This document shows positions 1-12,385 of a stretch of DNA of 64,000 bases, piece by piece. The translations under genes and the position numbers were made by a program. This stretch comes from Phoronis australis. Its lineage: Eukaryota; Animalia; Phoronida. The notes under the pieces were generated by a model. It saw only the letters and a list, made by a program, of their open reading frames with translations. It did no database searches and was not told the DNA's origin. The stretch lies in contig NMRA01000267.1 in NCBI GenBank assembly GCA_002633005.1, positions 286,464 to 350,463 of the forward strand, given 5' to 3'. The number at the start of each line of letters is the position of its first letter. Position 1 is the first letter of the stretch.

Positions 1-177
1 ATGTTGTGATCAAATGATATTATAACGATAATGTCAAAACTGAAAATAATTTAACGGTACCCTAATTCTGATTTTACTCTGGCTGGCACCGTATACCCCT
101 TAATTAGTGATATTGCCTCGATTCTGGTTTAACATTTAATGTTACCCACTTATCTTGGGGTCATCAATCAAGTTTAA

Positions 178-2243
178 AGGAGAATGCCACCCGATTTAGT
201 CTTTTTTACCGTATTAATCTGTCTATATCGACATCACCTCCTATACGGTCGATCTTACCTCGCCGAGAGGTGTAAGGACGATAAGAATCGACGTAGCGAC
301 GTCAGTGGTTCTCCCGAAGAGTGAGTACCGCTATGGTGTGTTGTATCGTTCCCGCTTGTGCAAACCGTATGAGGCTTCGAGGAAAGCGGGTATATCGTTT
401 TTTAGATTTCCTCGAGAGCCCGTAATGCTTCGGAAGTGGCTCGCAGTAGTAAAGAATGGCATGTACCGACACCGTTAACGCCAAATATGAGGCCTTGAAA
501 CATCTCCGTGTCTGTCGAAAGGGATGGTTTCACTGACGAAGGCCGGCTTACCAAACAGCTCATGCCAGGGCAGAAAAAGAGACCGAGGCTGTGCCTAGTG
601 TCTTTGCGTTCGACAGGCACGAGATAAAGAAACCCGGATCAGTTGTTGATCAGGTTTTGATTATGGAGAATTGTAGTTGGCCCCAATTAATTCAAGTTAT
701 GCAAACATAACGTTTTATATAAGCTGTTTGTTGACTTACTCGTTCGTCAGGCTTCTGTTTGGCCGTCTGGGTGTAGGACGTTTTCGCCAGACCTTTTTCC
801 CAGCTCTAAAAAACGTCGCAAACACACCTCTGCAGTTAAGATGCTGCGTAAAATCAGGATGGTCGATCCGTGAGGCACATCTGTGCATCTCCAAGAAGGC
901 ATTTTACTCGCGGAATTTTGTGCCAACAAACGCAAGCATCAGTTGTTTCCATTATTATGCAGTTTTCGCACTAACACCAAGACAAGTCATTCAAGCGGTT
1001 TTCGGAATTATCCGTATGTCCCGTTGTCTGTGCACGTTCGCGGCGCCTCTAGCATTTCTTGATCAGTGTATTCCGGTTCGAAATGATAACCTGTGAAACC
1101 AAATGATGGACCTGTGAAGTCTTCGTCGGATGAGCACTCGTCTTGGGTCAGGATTACGAGTTGCCATGTTGACGCTTATTACCGTGCGTTCTGTTTCAAA
1201 AGGAATTATTCTCACCCTAACCAATGCTTATATAAAACTGAAACAAAGTCTGTCTCATTAGATACAATTTATAATGCCTTTACAGTGTTCGTGAATGTAA
1301 GTGTTTTGAGAAGCCAGCAATAAATAAATCACTGCGTTACCGGCTTTAGATGAAATAAAGCTAATTGACCGGGCACCGAGGCCGTGTGAGCGCATGATGA
1401 TTCAGTGTTTGCTGACAGAAAGCTGTTGTGAAACAGTAACACGATTTTATATCCTATGGTCAGATGTTAGGGGAATCTTTTTTTTAGATATACATCTACA
1501 TTATTCGAATCATTGTTACTGTACGACTTTTGCCTGACCGTTCTTTGGAAGGGGAACCTGACTTCACGGCCCCCGACAAGTAAGTAGATTTGCAGTTTCG
1601 CGGCTAATTCACCAAAATAATGTGTAGATTATTTTTTGACTCACTAGTATAGTCTTTTCGTGACTGGAAATTTAGTTTCCAACTTTGGCTGATTTATGTT
1701 CGTGATGTTTTCAATCCGGCCGCGACGGGCCTGATCGGTCTCCGTGCCACTGTCGGGGATAACAAGCGTTCTGTGTGTTTAAAACTGAAAAGAAATCGCA
1801 AGTCTAAAGTTACAACACACAGCTATACTCCCCTGTCTGTATTTCACTGAAAAATAATTCGACTTTGTCACCGAATAGACCACAAACACCCACGATGGAC
1901 CTTGGTAAATTGGCCTACCGAACTTTGTAGGCTACGGTACGTTCACATACCTATAAATCCGTAGCAGCGGAATAAAACAACACGTTTGTTCAAGAACTCG
2001 ATGTATTTGTTGGGGTTTTACATCGAATTTTGATGATGTATTGGTGTAAAACGATGAATTCACCAGTAAGCGTGCTATGAACTGCTGAACAGACTGCGTT
2101 CGAACCTGTGACATCATTGGTTAATTTCAACACCTCTGTCCACCGTCTGGTGCCAGGTAAAAGAACTGTACTTGCTGTTATCGAGTGGAACTACTCGATA
2201 TAAATTGATACAAAATAGGTTGTTTTTTGGGTGGCATTTTCCT
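178..2243 (+). mobile_element. Kolobok-type DNA transposon, internally deleted (copy 1)
   Basis: TTAA(174-177)|AGGAGAATGCCACCC...GGGTGGCATTTTCCT|TTAA(2244-2247). Frameshifted THAP remnant on + from ATG 333 (MVCCIVPACANR/GISFFRFPREPVMLRKWLAVV...LRVC). Convergent Cys-rich remnant on - (~1168-620: GYHFEPEYTDQE, WCxCENCIIMETTDACVC, CLT.HPDF) resembles the KolX/P2X7 C-terminal domain. Confidence 0.85.
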
Positions 2244-2247
2244 TTAA

Positions 2248-2733
2248 ATATGTCTTTCAAGGAATCATGTAGTACACTTGCCAGTTTGTGTGGACATGTA
2301 AAGATGACTGATTTTTTTAGGCCAGGAACTCTTTGCAGGTACCTAAACGAAATGGACCTTACCTAAACATGTTGCGTGGAATAATTTAAGTTGAAAAAAT
2401 ATTACCCCCTCAATTTTCTGTGTCGAGGTAAAGTTGATTTACGGGTTGATACACCAAACAATCTCAATCAAAGTTTTCATTACCCATAAGATTATTGGTT
2501 AGTAGTGAAACATGCTCATACAAACTTTCATTTATTGAGAAGTTAGTAAATATTTTAGCACAATTTTATAACTGGATAAAATATGAGCCGAAAACCTAGC
2601 ATAAATGGAGTCACAACTGGAAGTCGTAATCATTTTTGTAAAAAGTCAAAGCAAAATCGCTTTCAATGAGTCTTGAACACAAAAACAGATGTTCCTTGAC
2701 TTGATGAACTGTGAGAACCCAAAAGCTAGCATG
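2248..2733 (+). repeat. Interspersed host repeat with AAATCGCTTTCAA subrepeats, interrupted by Kolobok and L1 insertions
   Basis: Segments 1-177, 2248-2733 and 8711-8790 together align to 30436-31500, which lacks both insertions. Confidence 0.75.
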
Positions 2734-3122
2734 ACGTTTCATAAAAGGCAGATATATTGTGGAAAACATAAGAATTGTATATGATGTAATTCAATTTTTA
2801 GACTGTAAACCCTTTCCCGGACTCCTCTTCATGATCGATTTTGAAAAAGCTTTCAACTCAGTTTCCTGGTACTTCATGCTCAAGGATTGGTCATACTTTA
2901 CATTTGGCCCAAGGTTCATTGACGCGGTCAAGACTCTCTACAACAAATCTCGTCCTTGTGTTCTCCAACATAGATTTTTCTCCTTACCTTTTTGTATTAT
3001 ATGTAGAAATATTAATTCGACGAGATGGTAGCATCTCTGGGGTAAGGATAGGTGTTCCTGAGTTCAAACTGATCCAGTACGCTAACGACACTTGTTTAAT
3101 TTTGGACGGCTCTGAATTATCT

Positions 3123-6100
3123 TTTTTATTAATGTTTATTATGAAATCTTCAGACTACAATGAATATACATAACCTAGAAAGCGCCAAGAGGCATTATAT
3201 CTGGGATAAAAAATACAAAGAAGTCTATATACAATTATTATACACAAATACATAAATTAAAAAAACTGATGTTAAGAATACAATGATATATGATTACGAA
3301 TGTAAATAAATCATTTTCATACCCATGTATGCAATTCTATCCTCTCATACAAAGAGATTTAATATTGTAAAGAAATTTTGATACTATTTCGAATAAAACC
3401 TTATTTTCATTAGGGTTGAGTTCTTGACATCCATATAGAAAAAAATTATTTTGTTGTGCAATTGCGGAATTTCAGAATATTTTATGTAAACATTGGGGTA
3501 TTGTTGGAGTGTCTGGAAAAGCTGTACCCTCTGCTCGTTGCATACCTCACAAGCAAAGAAGAGATGAGCATTTGTCTGGGTGTCTCCACAAGAACACAGA
3601 GGCACAATATTATTAAAATTATGTCAAAATTTCTCTTTGTTTAGGAATAGACTGCATCTTGATCTGTATAGGGTTATTTCATGGTTGCGAGGAAGTTGAA
3701 ATGATCTAAATGGGACTGGCAAGTCTTGAGTAGTGGTATACACTTTAAAGTTATTTTTGAGAGTGACAATTCAAGTGCTTTCTTTTATTTTGGATGGTAA
3801 GGAATTCCAGTTGTCAATACAAGTTAATATAGTTGACCTCTTGAAAGCTTGGTTGAGGGAAGATGGAATAGTGTGCATATTACTTTGCCGCAGTCCTGGT
3901 CTCGTCCTGGTCTTTTGTAGGAATCAAAGAGGATTTTGTTTGAACAATTGTTTATTTTGGTATTTATGTATACATGGACAGACGGAGTTTACGACGGGTT
4001 GCTAGTTTGCTCCAGTTGAGACTATTTGGACCATTGATTGTGTTGGACCCTTTGTATGCCCCTGTTATGGCTAAAGCTGCTTGGTATTATAGTCTTTCAA
4101 ATTGAAGAAGTATGCCAGCGTTTGCCGATTGGTAGATTATGTCACAGTAATCTAGATGTCGAAGTACAAAAGGCTTGAACAGAGTTTCAAGATGCATGGA
4201 GTTGAGATGACGAGCGACAATTCTAACTGGATTAATTAATTTTTGTACTTTATGAACGAGTTCGTTACAATGAGGAGTAAATGCAAGCCAAGGTGTACTT
4301 ATTAGGAATAACTTCCCCCATTAAGTGATAATTCCAGCATTGGATTTGTTTGGAAATGAATATTAATAGACTTAGAAAATATAAGATCGTCACTTTTTCC
4401 GGTTTAAATGTCATCTTCCATTTGTAAGACCAGTCATAGAGTTTGTTTAGGTCAGTTTGCAATTGTAAGGAGTCATGGGGATGCTCTTTTAAGAATGGGC
4501 AGAAAATTGCAGGGTCATCAGCATATAAGAATGTTTTAGAATTTATTGTGTCTGGAAGATCATTGATGTACAGTAAAAAGAGTAAGGGACCTAGTACGCT
4601 ACCCTGTGGTACTCCAGCATTTACGAAACCTGGCGTTGATGAAGGTGATAAGACACTCTCAATACGGACTTTGTTAGTTCGATTTTCCAGATGTGATTTA
4701 AAAGTAAGAGCAGAGTGCCTTAGAAACCGTATGATTGCAATTTACGTAGAAGCAGGTCATGGGGAACGAGATCAAAAGCTGACGCAATGTCTAAAAATAC
4801 GGATCTCACGTTGTACCCTTGCTAAAACTGGAGGTAGATTTCCCGTACAATTTCTGTAAGTTGGGACACAGTGCTGTTACTAGGCACGAATCGAAATTGG
4901 CTACGATATATGAGGTTTTGTGAAGAGAGGTGGTGAAACATGTGTTGAGAAATGCTTTTTTTAAATTTTGGATAAGGTGTTATGGGCCGATAGTTGGCAA
5001 TGTCTGTGTTGGAGTCCCTTTTGTGTATTGGTATCATAACGCCAAGCTTCCAGTTCAAAGGAAGTTTTCCAGATTGTAATATTTTGTTATATAATGTTGT
5101 CAGAGTAACTGTGAGCTCTCTTGCTATTATCTTGATCATTATACTGGTTATGAGATTGGTGCCGTCGTTTTTGTTTTCGTCAATGTTCTCTGGTAGTTTT
5201 CTGACTTCAGTTGGTTGGGCTTGTATGTCAGAGAGGTGTTCTAATGTTCTGTTTGGGAATTCGGGAAAGTTTGTTGTTGGTGCAATGTGACTCTTTGCGG
5301 TGAAGTAGTCTAGAAATAACTTACTTTTATCAACTTTGGATGACGCCTGGGAGTTGGATTCCTTTGAGTGGATGGTGGAGTATGATGATTTCTTTACCTG
5401 TCCTCGAATTTTGTTTACTATATCCCAATATTCCTTAGATTTTTGGAGACATTTTTGATGTTGGAGATAATTTTCATCTTATAGTCTTCTTTTGTTTTTT
5501 TAATTAGTTCTTCCACACTCTTGCACTGTTCTTTGTAGCACTTAAACGTGCACGGGTTATTTGATTTTCTGAACGATCTGTACAGTTTATTTCTTTTATT
5601 TTTTTCAGACTTAATGTTATTGTTAAACCACGGTTTGTTCTTGTTTTTTTATTGTTTTCATGGTTGATGGGATGTTATAATTTAGTATGTTGTAGAGTGA
5701 CTGTGTGAATATTGAGACTGCGTCATCTATGTTACTTTTGTTAAGTATTTCAGTCCAGTTAAATGTGGTTATGTCAGTGCGCAGTTTGTCCATGTTAATG
5801 AGGTTGTAATTCCAGATCTTTTTCATAATGTTTGGTTCTTTAGATGCGCAGTTGAGTGGTCTGAGTTACCAATGGGAGGCCTTACAGAAGTGGATTTAAT
5901 GAATCCGAGATTGTTTGTAATACAGAAATCAAGGCAAGAATGTGAGTACTCAGTTAGACGTGTCGGCTCGTTTATTACTTGTACACAGTCATTTGAGAGG
6001 AGAATATCGAATAATTCGAGACCGGCTTGGATGTCATTGTCTTTTGAGTACCAAGTACTATTTCTTGAGTTGAAATCCTCGTTGATAACAATCGTTTTAT

Positions 6101-6591
6101 TACTTTGTGAGAGTTCTTGCAATTTTTCCGAAAAGGTCTTGAAATATGCTTTCCTTTCACGGGACGTCTGTGAGGGTGAGCGATAGAAAAAAACCATAAT
6201 ATACCTTCTTGTGGTTGACATAAAGTTCAATCCACCAGTTATTCATTGATTGTATGATTTTATTATCAATTGTTTTGTAATTTACGGAGTTGTGGACAAA
6301 CAAGATCAACCCCTCCCGGCGTTAGTGTGGTAGGCAATGATGTATTCTGGAATAATAAGTACACTGAGGTTGTCTTCGGACAGTGTTCCGAATTCACATA
6401 TGGCTATGACCATGTAATTGTTGTCTGTAATAAATTGCTTGAGAAGAGCAAATGTTGAAAGATTCTGAATAAGACCTTGAAGCTGGCTGAACCCTGATTG
6501 TCTGGTCCTAGATTGACATCTATGTCACCAGCAGTCAAAAGGCTTTGCTCAATGATAACTCTGATATATCACAACATTAGTTCTTCCTAGT
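3123..6591 (-). mobile_element. Degenerate CR1/L2-group LINE ORF2 (APE endonuclease + RT) inserted in the L1/Tx1
   Basis: Endonuclease motifs YRSP, DFN, EPTR, SCLD, SDH (5823-6230). RT motifs [30 protein letters not shown] (4520-5010). C-terminal CSCG..HLFFAC. TSD TCTGAATTATCT (3111-3122; right copy best preserved at ~50874). Confidence 0.88.
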
Positions 6592-7439
6592 TCTGAATCT
6601 TTTAGATCATCTTTAAACTGAATTCACCAATTTGTTAATTTTTTTGGTTTGAAGCCAAATATTGAGAAAACAAGATGCGTTTGGATTGGTTCAAAAATAC
6701 TCTTATGAAAAACTTTGTGTCAATGAAAACTTGTTATGGACTAACAAACCTTTCATATTTTTGGGAATTAACTTCTCCACTGATTATAATACAATACCAG
6801 ATATTAACTATAGTGACAGGCTTTTGGAAAGTAAGAAAGTGGTGGGCTCTTGGTGAAGAAGAATTCTTACTGTTTTAGGTAAAATAATCGTGGTTAAGAC
6901 ACTTTTATTGACCAAGATTGTTCATTTACTTCAATCCCTCCCTAGCCCCTCCATGATTTAAGAATTAGAGCGAAGGTGGTTTAAAAATAGTTCATGTTTG
7001 TTTTTTATTTAGTCTTTGAAAATATCATGGCTTCGTAAACTATTCACCTCAAATACCATATGTGACCTTGCAGAGGCAGTTTTGGGTTGTAAAGTTGATA
7101 ACTTTTTTAAAATGGGGGACACTTTCCTTAAATTAATAACTGAAGGAACCGACAATCTGTACTGGAAGGAATTGCGCTCCTTTTGCAAATGTGTGACAAA
7201 AATGAAAATATCATTTAGTCTCCTCTGTGGTATAATTCAACGTTATAAGTCTGCAGAAAATCTATTTTCCACAAGAGCTGGTATGAAAGGGGAGTCTATC
7301 GTGTGTATGATTCGTTTAATGCTGAAGGAGGTTCTTTTATGTCATACGAAGAACTCTGCAACAGTTATAACTTTCAAGCTCCAATTCTAGAATTCTATGG
7401 ATTAAGAAATGCAACCTTTGCAGCGTACAGTGGTCTTAA

Positions 7440-7835
7440 AGCCTAACTTCAACGGAATTTTGTTAATTTAGATGTATCGGGCTAACCAGATAGTCCTACC
7501 AAAGCTTTAGTAAAATAAGAAAACGCGAGTTCAATCACGCAAATGTAATCCCGTCAAATAAGTGAGGCTGCCTTTTCGTGTCATGTTGTACCACCGCGAG
7601 ACCTTAGCACAAACAACAAAAGGTTGTATTTAATAGGGGTCTGACTAGAGCACCGTTGCGTGCAGGTGTTAATCGAAGCTGTTTGAATTAAAAGGTGAAT
7701 CTCACGGTGACGTAGACAAAAGCAAGCCAATACGCCCAACAGCTCGTTACATTTGGCAATATATGGCACTAGCGGGCTCAGAGAAATGCCCTTAACATAC
7801 TCGCGGAACCAAATTTACTGTGTTAAAGATAGGCT
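7440..7835. mobile_element. TTAA-flanked MITE (Kolobok-like) nested in the L1
   Basis: TTAA|AGCCTAACTTCAAC...GTTAAAGATAGGCT|TTAA interrupts the L1 coding remnant. Paralog at 51709-52037. Confidence 0.8.
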
Positions 7836-9033
7836 TTAAGAAGAGTCAAGACAATGTCTTGTTACCAAATATTCCAAGTTATACTAATAAAATTTTGCAT
7901 AATAAATCACAAGCGGTAAATAGTTATGACACCTCAGTACAGACATTTCAGAAAGCTTGTAAATATAGAAACAAGTGGTCATCTGAGATAGATATAAACA
8001 TTGGTATAAAGAATGTAAATTTTAGTGACCCTGATACATGGTGGAGAAAAGTAAACAAACTCCCCTTCAATTGTACAAAAGATACAAGATTGTGTTGGTT
8101 TCTATACCGCGTAAGTCTCAGAATATTGACAACCAATAATTAAAATAAAAACAAGTGATTTATACTCTTTCTGTGATGAACACAGTGAAACTTTTCTCCA
8201 TCTCTTTTGCGAATATCGTCTTGTCTCCCGTTTCTGGCTCCTGTTTGCTAAATGTTTAAAACAAACATATCATGTAAATTTCCATGTGGACAAAATAACA
8301 GTCTTTTTTGTTTTTTGGGAAACACTCAGTCGGAAAATTGTAACATTTTTTTTAGAATTTTATTGAATATAATAGGTGCAGTACAGATCACACAATTACA
8401 GATGCTTTTTGTTCTAGTCAAGGAACAGTTAAGGTGTTAACTTACAGTGCTAATATGTACAAAGGTAATTTGACAATAGAGGAAAGATAATTGTAACATT
8501 AATCTGTTGATCATAATACACATTTAGCAAAAAGTTTGTTTAAAAAATCTCCATTTTCAAATGTTCGTAAACTCTATTAAGTTACATCCTGAAGAAAATA
8601 CGGTACTTGTTGTCTAGTGATTTAATGTTATTCTTTGTAAATAATGAACACTGTATTGTCTCATGTGACATTTAATTACCGTGCTAGAGCAAAATAAAAA
8701 TATTAAAAAACTAGCATGGCTGAGGCCACTTATGAAATTCGAACAAATTTTACTTCATATTCAAATCAAATCGCTTTTAAAATCAACAGCTTTTGGAGCA
8801 CATCTATGAGACTGGGTACAGAACACATTCATAATGTCTAGTAAGTTTTAAGAGCAACTTGGCAGCCGGGCCAGTAAATTTTCAGACCAACTGGCGCGGC
8901 GGGCAAGCACACTTATTTGCTGAAGTTCGAACACTGCTACCAATTTATTATGACCGGATCGGAAATTATCACATGTGTTCTTTTAGTCTAATTTGTATCA
9001 TTAAACCATTTGACGTGCTCTGTTGGTTATGTA

Positions 9034-9781
9034 TGGAACGCCACTAGCGTCACCTTGTGACGGGTCATTTTTGAAACGTGACGAGTCATTTCTAACACGC
9101 TGACACGTCACTGATGCGTTTTACTTTTTAGTTCTTTAAAAGCAAACAACAACAGACCACCATTTTCTCACAAAAACAGCTTGTAGCATACCGTGTCTTC
9201 ACTGAGCATTTGAGAAAAAGCACTGCCTTGCATAAAACACAACCTACACAATAGCCTGTCTCCACTGAGCAAGACTATATTACCTACTGGTACATCTTCA
9301 CTGATCAAGCAAATAGAACCTACAAGGACTCAACAAGTGTAAGCACAGCATTGTGAAAATCACTCTAAGGTCACAGTGATCCAGTCCTTGTCACTATCAG
9401 CATTGACATCCTTTGTTTGGATAAACAGTCTTTCGTTTATAATACTTTTGACTGTGCATGTTATTCTAACGCAGGGGTGGATTATGATTCATTTAATCAA
9501 TGCAAGTGTGCATGCAAACTTTTCCCTTATTTTACAAATGCAAAGTGGGGTTCCTGATGACCTTTTAGGCTAGTCAGATGTCGGGTCAGTTGGGGCGTAA
9601 ACTGACTGACGTCGAAGAATACGTCATCGCTGACCAAACGACATTGGCCTATTGGTCGTACAGTAATGGGGCGGTAAATTGTCACACTTGGAAATTGCAT
9701 TTCGAGTCAACTCTGACGCTCTAGGATGACCCGTAACGTGTCAGAAAAGACTCGTCAGAAGGTGACGCTAGGGGCGTTCTA
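9034..9781. mobile_element. Non-autonomous TIR element
   Basis: TGGAACGCCACTAGCGTCACCTT... / ...AAGGTGACGCTAGGGGCGTTCTA imperfect inverted termini. No clear TSD. Paralog at 53081-53873. Confidence 0.65.
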
Positions 9782-10229
9782 CAGTTGCGACCGCTGACGT
9801 GTCCAATAATGCATCTGTTCAATAATGCATTCAGGATTTGGTTTGCGCATGCGTTCGTCTTTCCGGTTCTACGGAATTCTGGATCCAAGCACTCAGTTTT
9901 TTATTTTTAAACTTTTTATAACAGCATCATTTGTGCCTCGTATCTTGTTTACCTTGGCAAAAAAGATAAAGGGCAATGTCGGTAATGAGGGTGAGAATCT
10001 TTCAAAGAGTACTGAATTGGATTATGTTTAAATGTGCAAACGTAGGAGATTTTGATGGCCTGCAGCGAAGCCTGTGTGAGCTTAGTTAGACAGTGACCTC
10101 AGTCTAGAGACGGTGTAGCTGCTATCGGAGCTTCATACGCCGGAAGCTTTTCGGTGAATTATGCCTCACACTGACTAAAACATCAAAGTCACGTTGTTAT
10201 AAATACCTTTTGCGCATAGAGGGACACCT

Positions 10230-10815
10230 TAGCCACATCTGGCTGTTTTATCAGACGGATGGATGCGATATTGTGTAATAAAAAACCTGTCCAAAAATGC
10301 ATCCACAGCCACTCCCGGCTGCTTTATCAGATGGATGGACGCAATATTGTGCAATAACACACCTATCCAATAATGCATCCACAGCCACTTGCGGTTGCTT
10401 TATCAGATGGATGGCTGGATGCAGTATTGTGCAGTAACACACCTGTCCAATAACACAACCAATAGCGTAAAGTACACCCTACAACATTTTATACTGGATG
10501 ACTTATTGGACAAGTGTCTAATTGCGGAATAAGTCATCCATCCCAGAAATTAACTGAAGGGGTTTGCACACAACTGAGGATTGCTAGAACTGTCTCTTTT
10601 GTGAAATTTGACAACACAACAAATAGTGTCAAGTACACTCCACAAAATTTTTTAACATGTGGTGACCCCCTGTATGACTTATTGTACAACTATCTCATTA
10701 CGAAATAAATTGCCCATCCCAGAAACTAAATGAAGCGTTTTGCATATATGCGAGGATTGATAAAACTGTCACTTTTGTGGAATTTGGCAACCTAGCCAAT
10801 AGCGTCAAGTACGCA
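10230..10815 (+). repeat. Tandem arrays (~75-bp unit x3, then ~160-bp unit x2+)
   Basis: AGCCACTT..GGCTGCTTTATCAGATGGATGG...CCAATAATGCATCCAC repeated; the paralog at ~54322-54850 has one fewer unit. CAACACAACCAATAGCGTAAAGTACAC recurs at ~10452, 10612 and 10790. Confidence 0.8.
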
Positions 10816-10960
10816 CATGGTAGGAAACCTAGGAAAAAGTCGATTGACGCGTGCTACAATATTCCATAAATGTTTTAGCCTGGTCCAGTAAACGGGGGAA
10901 GAAAGTGTAAAAATTCAGCCTCTGATCAGCACGAGATAACGCACTAACGGCAAAAAAGAT

Positions 10961-11775
10961 AAATATAGATTATTACATGGCAAAGTCGTTATCCCCCGTT
11001 ATCTAGAGCCCGAGGGTGATAATTCTCCAAAATCCACGACGGCTCTAGATAAGGGGGATAACGGCTGAGAACATGTAATAATCTATTTATACAACATAAT
11101 AAACGAGAAACATTGCAATGAATCGGTTTAACTTTTCTGACTCTCCACGGCTTTGTAACTACTCTCTATGTCACAGGCCCGGGGTCGGAGGTCGTGAGCT
11201 TTTAAGAAAAGCCGGGCTATTTTTGTCAAAAAATGCTTTTACTCAAATCCAATTGAAAACTTAAATATAATAGAAATAAACTGAATTTATAAATTGAGGT
11301 TTGCCAACTATTATACCTTAAAACACGTTTTTTTTTTCACGCTAAGCTTCGACCGGGAAATTATCGTCTGCTAAAGTAGGTTAACACTGGTAACTGAATA
11401 TAATTCTCAAGTCAAAGATCCTGCCGACACGATACCCGCATTAAAACTGGAGATCGGTGATTTACAACTAAGAGGACATGAGAGAAAAATTTCACTGAAT
11501 TAAGATATTATTTTTATTGAAATTATGTGTCTTATTTTTCGTAGCGTATAAGTACAGTACAATGCGGTTTGTTGAACATGAAGTTATTGCGCGTGCTCAT
11601 TTAAGTATTCTATTTTCACTCTTGATGACGTCAGTGGTAAAGTCGGCAACTCCAGCGTTCTGGGATCGACTCCGTCCTCGGTTTCCTGCTAAAACGTTAT
11701 TTCACTAGTGAGATAACTTTATGGGTTATTGCACGGTTGTATCTGCCATTTGACGCTAATATTGTGGTATAATAA
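10961..11775 (+). mobile_element. Hairpin-ended non-autonomous element (Crypton-like) with internal tRNA-like cassette
   Basis: 5' hairpin 10965-11010/11041-11086. Subterminal palindrome TTAT(C/T)TCACTAGTGAGATAA. 3' end TGTGGTATAATAA. Further copies at 12245-12470, 38315-38894(-), 43590-44245, 54993-55817 and 59310-59525. Confidence 0.7.
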
Positions 11776-12315
11776 GTAGTTAGGGAACGCTCCTAGAGCC
11801 AACATGTCAGCCATATGATTTGAGGAAAGGGCTTGCCAACAAAAGATAAAGAATTAATGGCAGTAGCCAGTATCAAGACTATCACGGATTAAAGTTGCCA
11901 GACAACATCACAATTTCTTACGCATTTCTAAAACAATACATGCTTAAAACTCTTAGAAAAATACTCACAAACACCACTGACCTTGTAGTTTCTCATCTTT
12001 TCCCAAATACGTACATCACAGATACTTTTTGCATCTAAACTTTATGAACGACAAACCTATTTGGATGCACTGCGATACATTATTAAGCAAAAACCGGAAG
12101 CCAGAGAAACGAAAGCCAAACGCATGCGTAAAACACATCCTGGATGCATTATTGGACAGATGCATTATTGGACACGACACCGCCATCCGCTGAGAGCCGT
12201 TCCTAAACCTAGCTGTCGGCTACTCGACCCAGTAACGCTTACCAGTATAATGAACATGTGATTGTTGCGCGTGCTCATTTTAAGTATTCTATTTTCACGT
12301 TCGATGACGTCAGCC

Positions 12316-12385
12316 GCTGAGTGGTGTAGTGGTAAAGGCGACGACTCGAAACTCTTAAGACCCGGGTTCGAATCCGGCCTCAGTT
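12316..12385 (+). repeat. tRNA-like Pol III A/B-box cassette inside a repeat (not called as a functional tRNA)
   Basis: A box TGGTGTAGTGG, B box GGTTCGAATCC, acceptor-like pairing GCTGAG/CTCAGT, T-stem CCGG(G)/CCGG. The anticodon stem pairs poorly. Confidence 0.7.

Larger units (their letters stand above)
2734..8710 (+). mobile_element. 5'-truncated, degenerate L1/Tx1-group LINE (RT to zf-RVT) with nested insertions
   Basis: FIKGRYI.ENIR, IDFEKAFNSVSW, SPYLFVL, QYANDT, GLKPNIEKT, FLGINF, C-terminal RILTTN...ETFLHLF. A-rich tail. TSD (aaaa)CTAGCATG at 2726-2733 and 8711-8718. Confidence 0.88.
9782..12192. mobile_element. TIR element with GTCCAATAATGCATC subterminal repeats and internal tandem arrays
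   Basis: 9799-9857 is the inverted complement of ~12118-12175. The element hosts the Crypton-like insertion and, in copy 2, the ISL2EU insertion. Confidence 0.6.

Noticed and set aside
677-1096. 139-aa ORF as a host gene
   Set aside because: It lies inside the Kolobok element, antisense to the KolX-like remnant, and is not preserved in the duplicate copy.
4443-6186. Plus-strand ORFs 4443-4859, 4994-5290 and 5872-6186 as genes
   Set aside because: They are antisense shadows of the minus-strand LINE ORF2.
10230-10815. CRISPR-like array
   Set aside because: Units are contiguous tandem repeats without unique spacers, there are no cas genes, and the context is eukaryotic.
12316-12385. Functional tRNA-Ser(CGA) gene
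   Set aside because: The anticodon stem does not pair, there is no long variable arm, copies differ at the anticodon, and it is always embedded in the same repeat.
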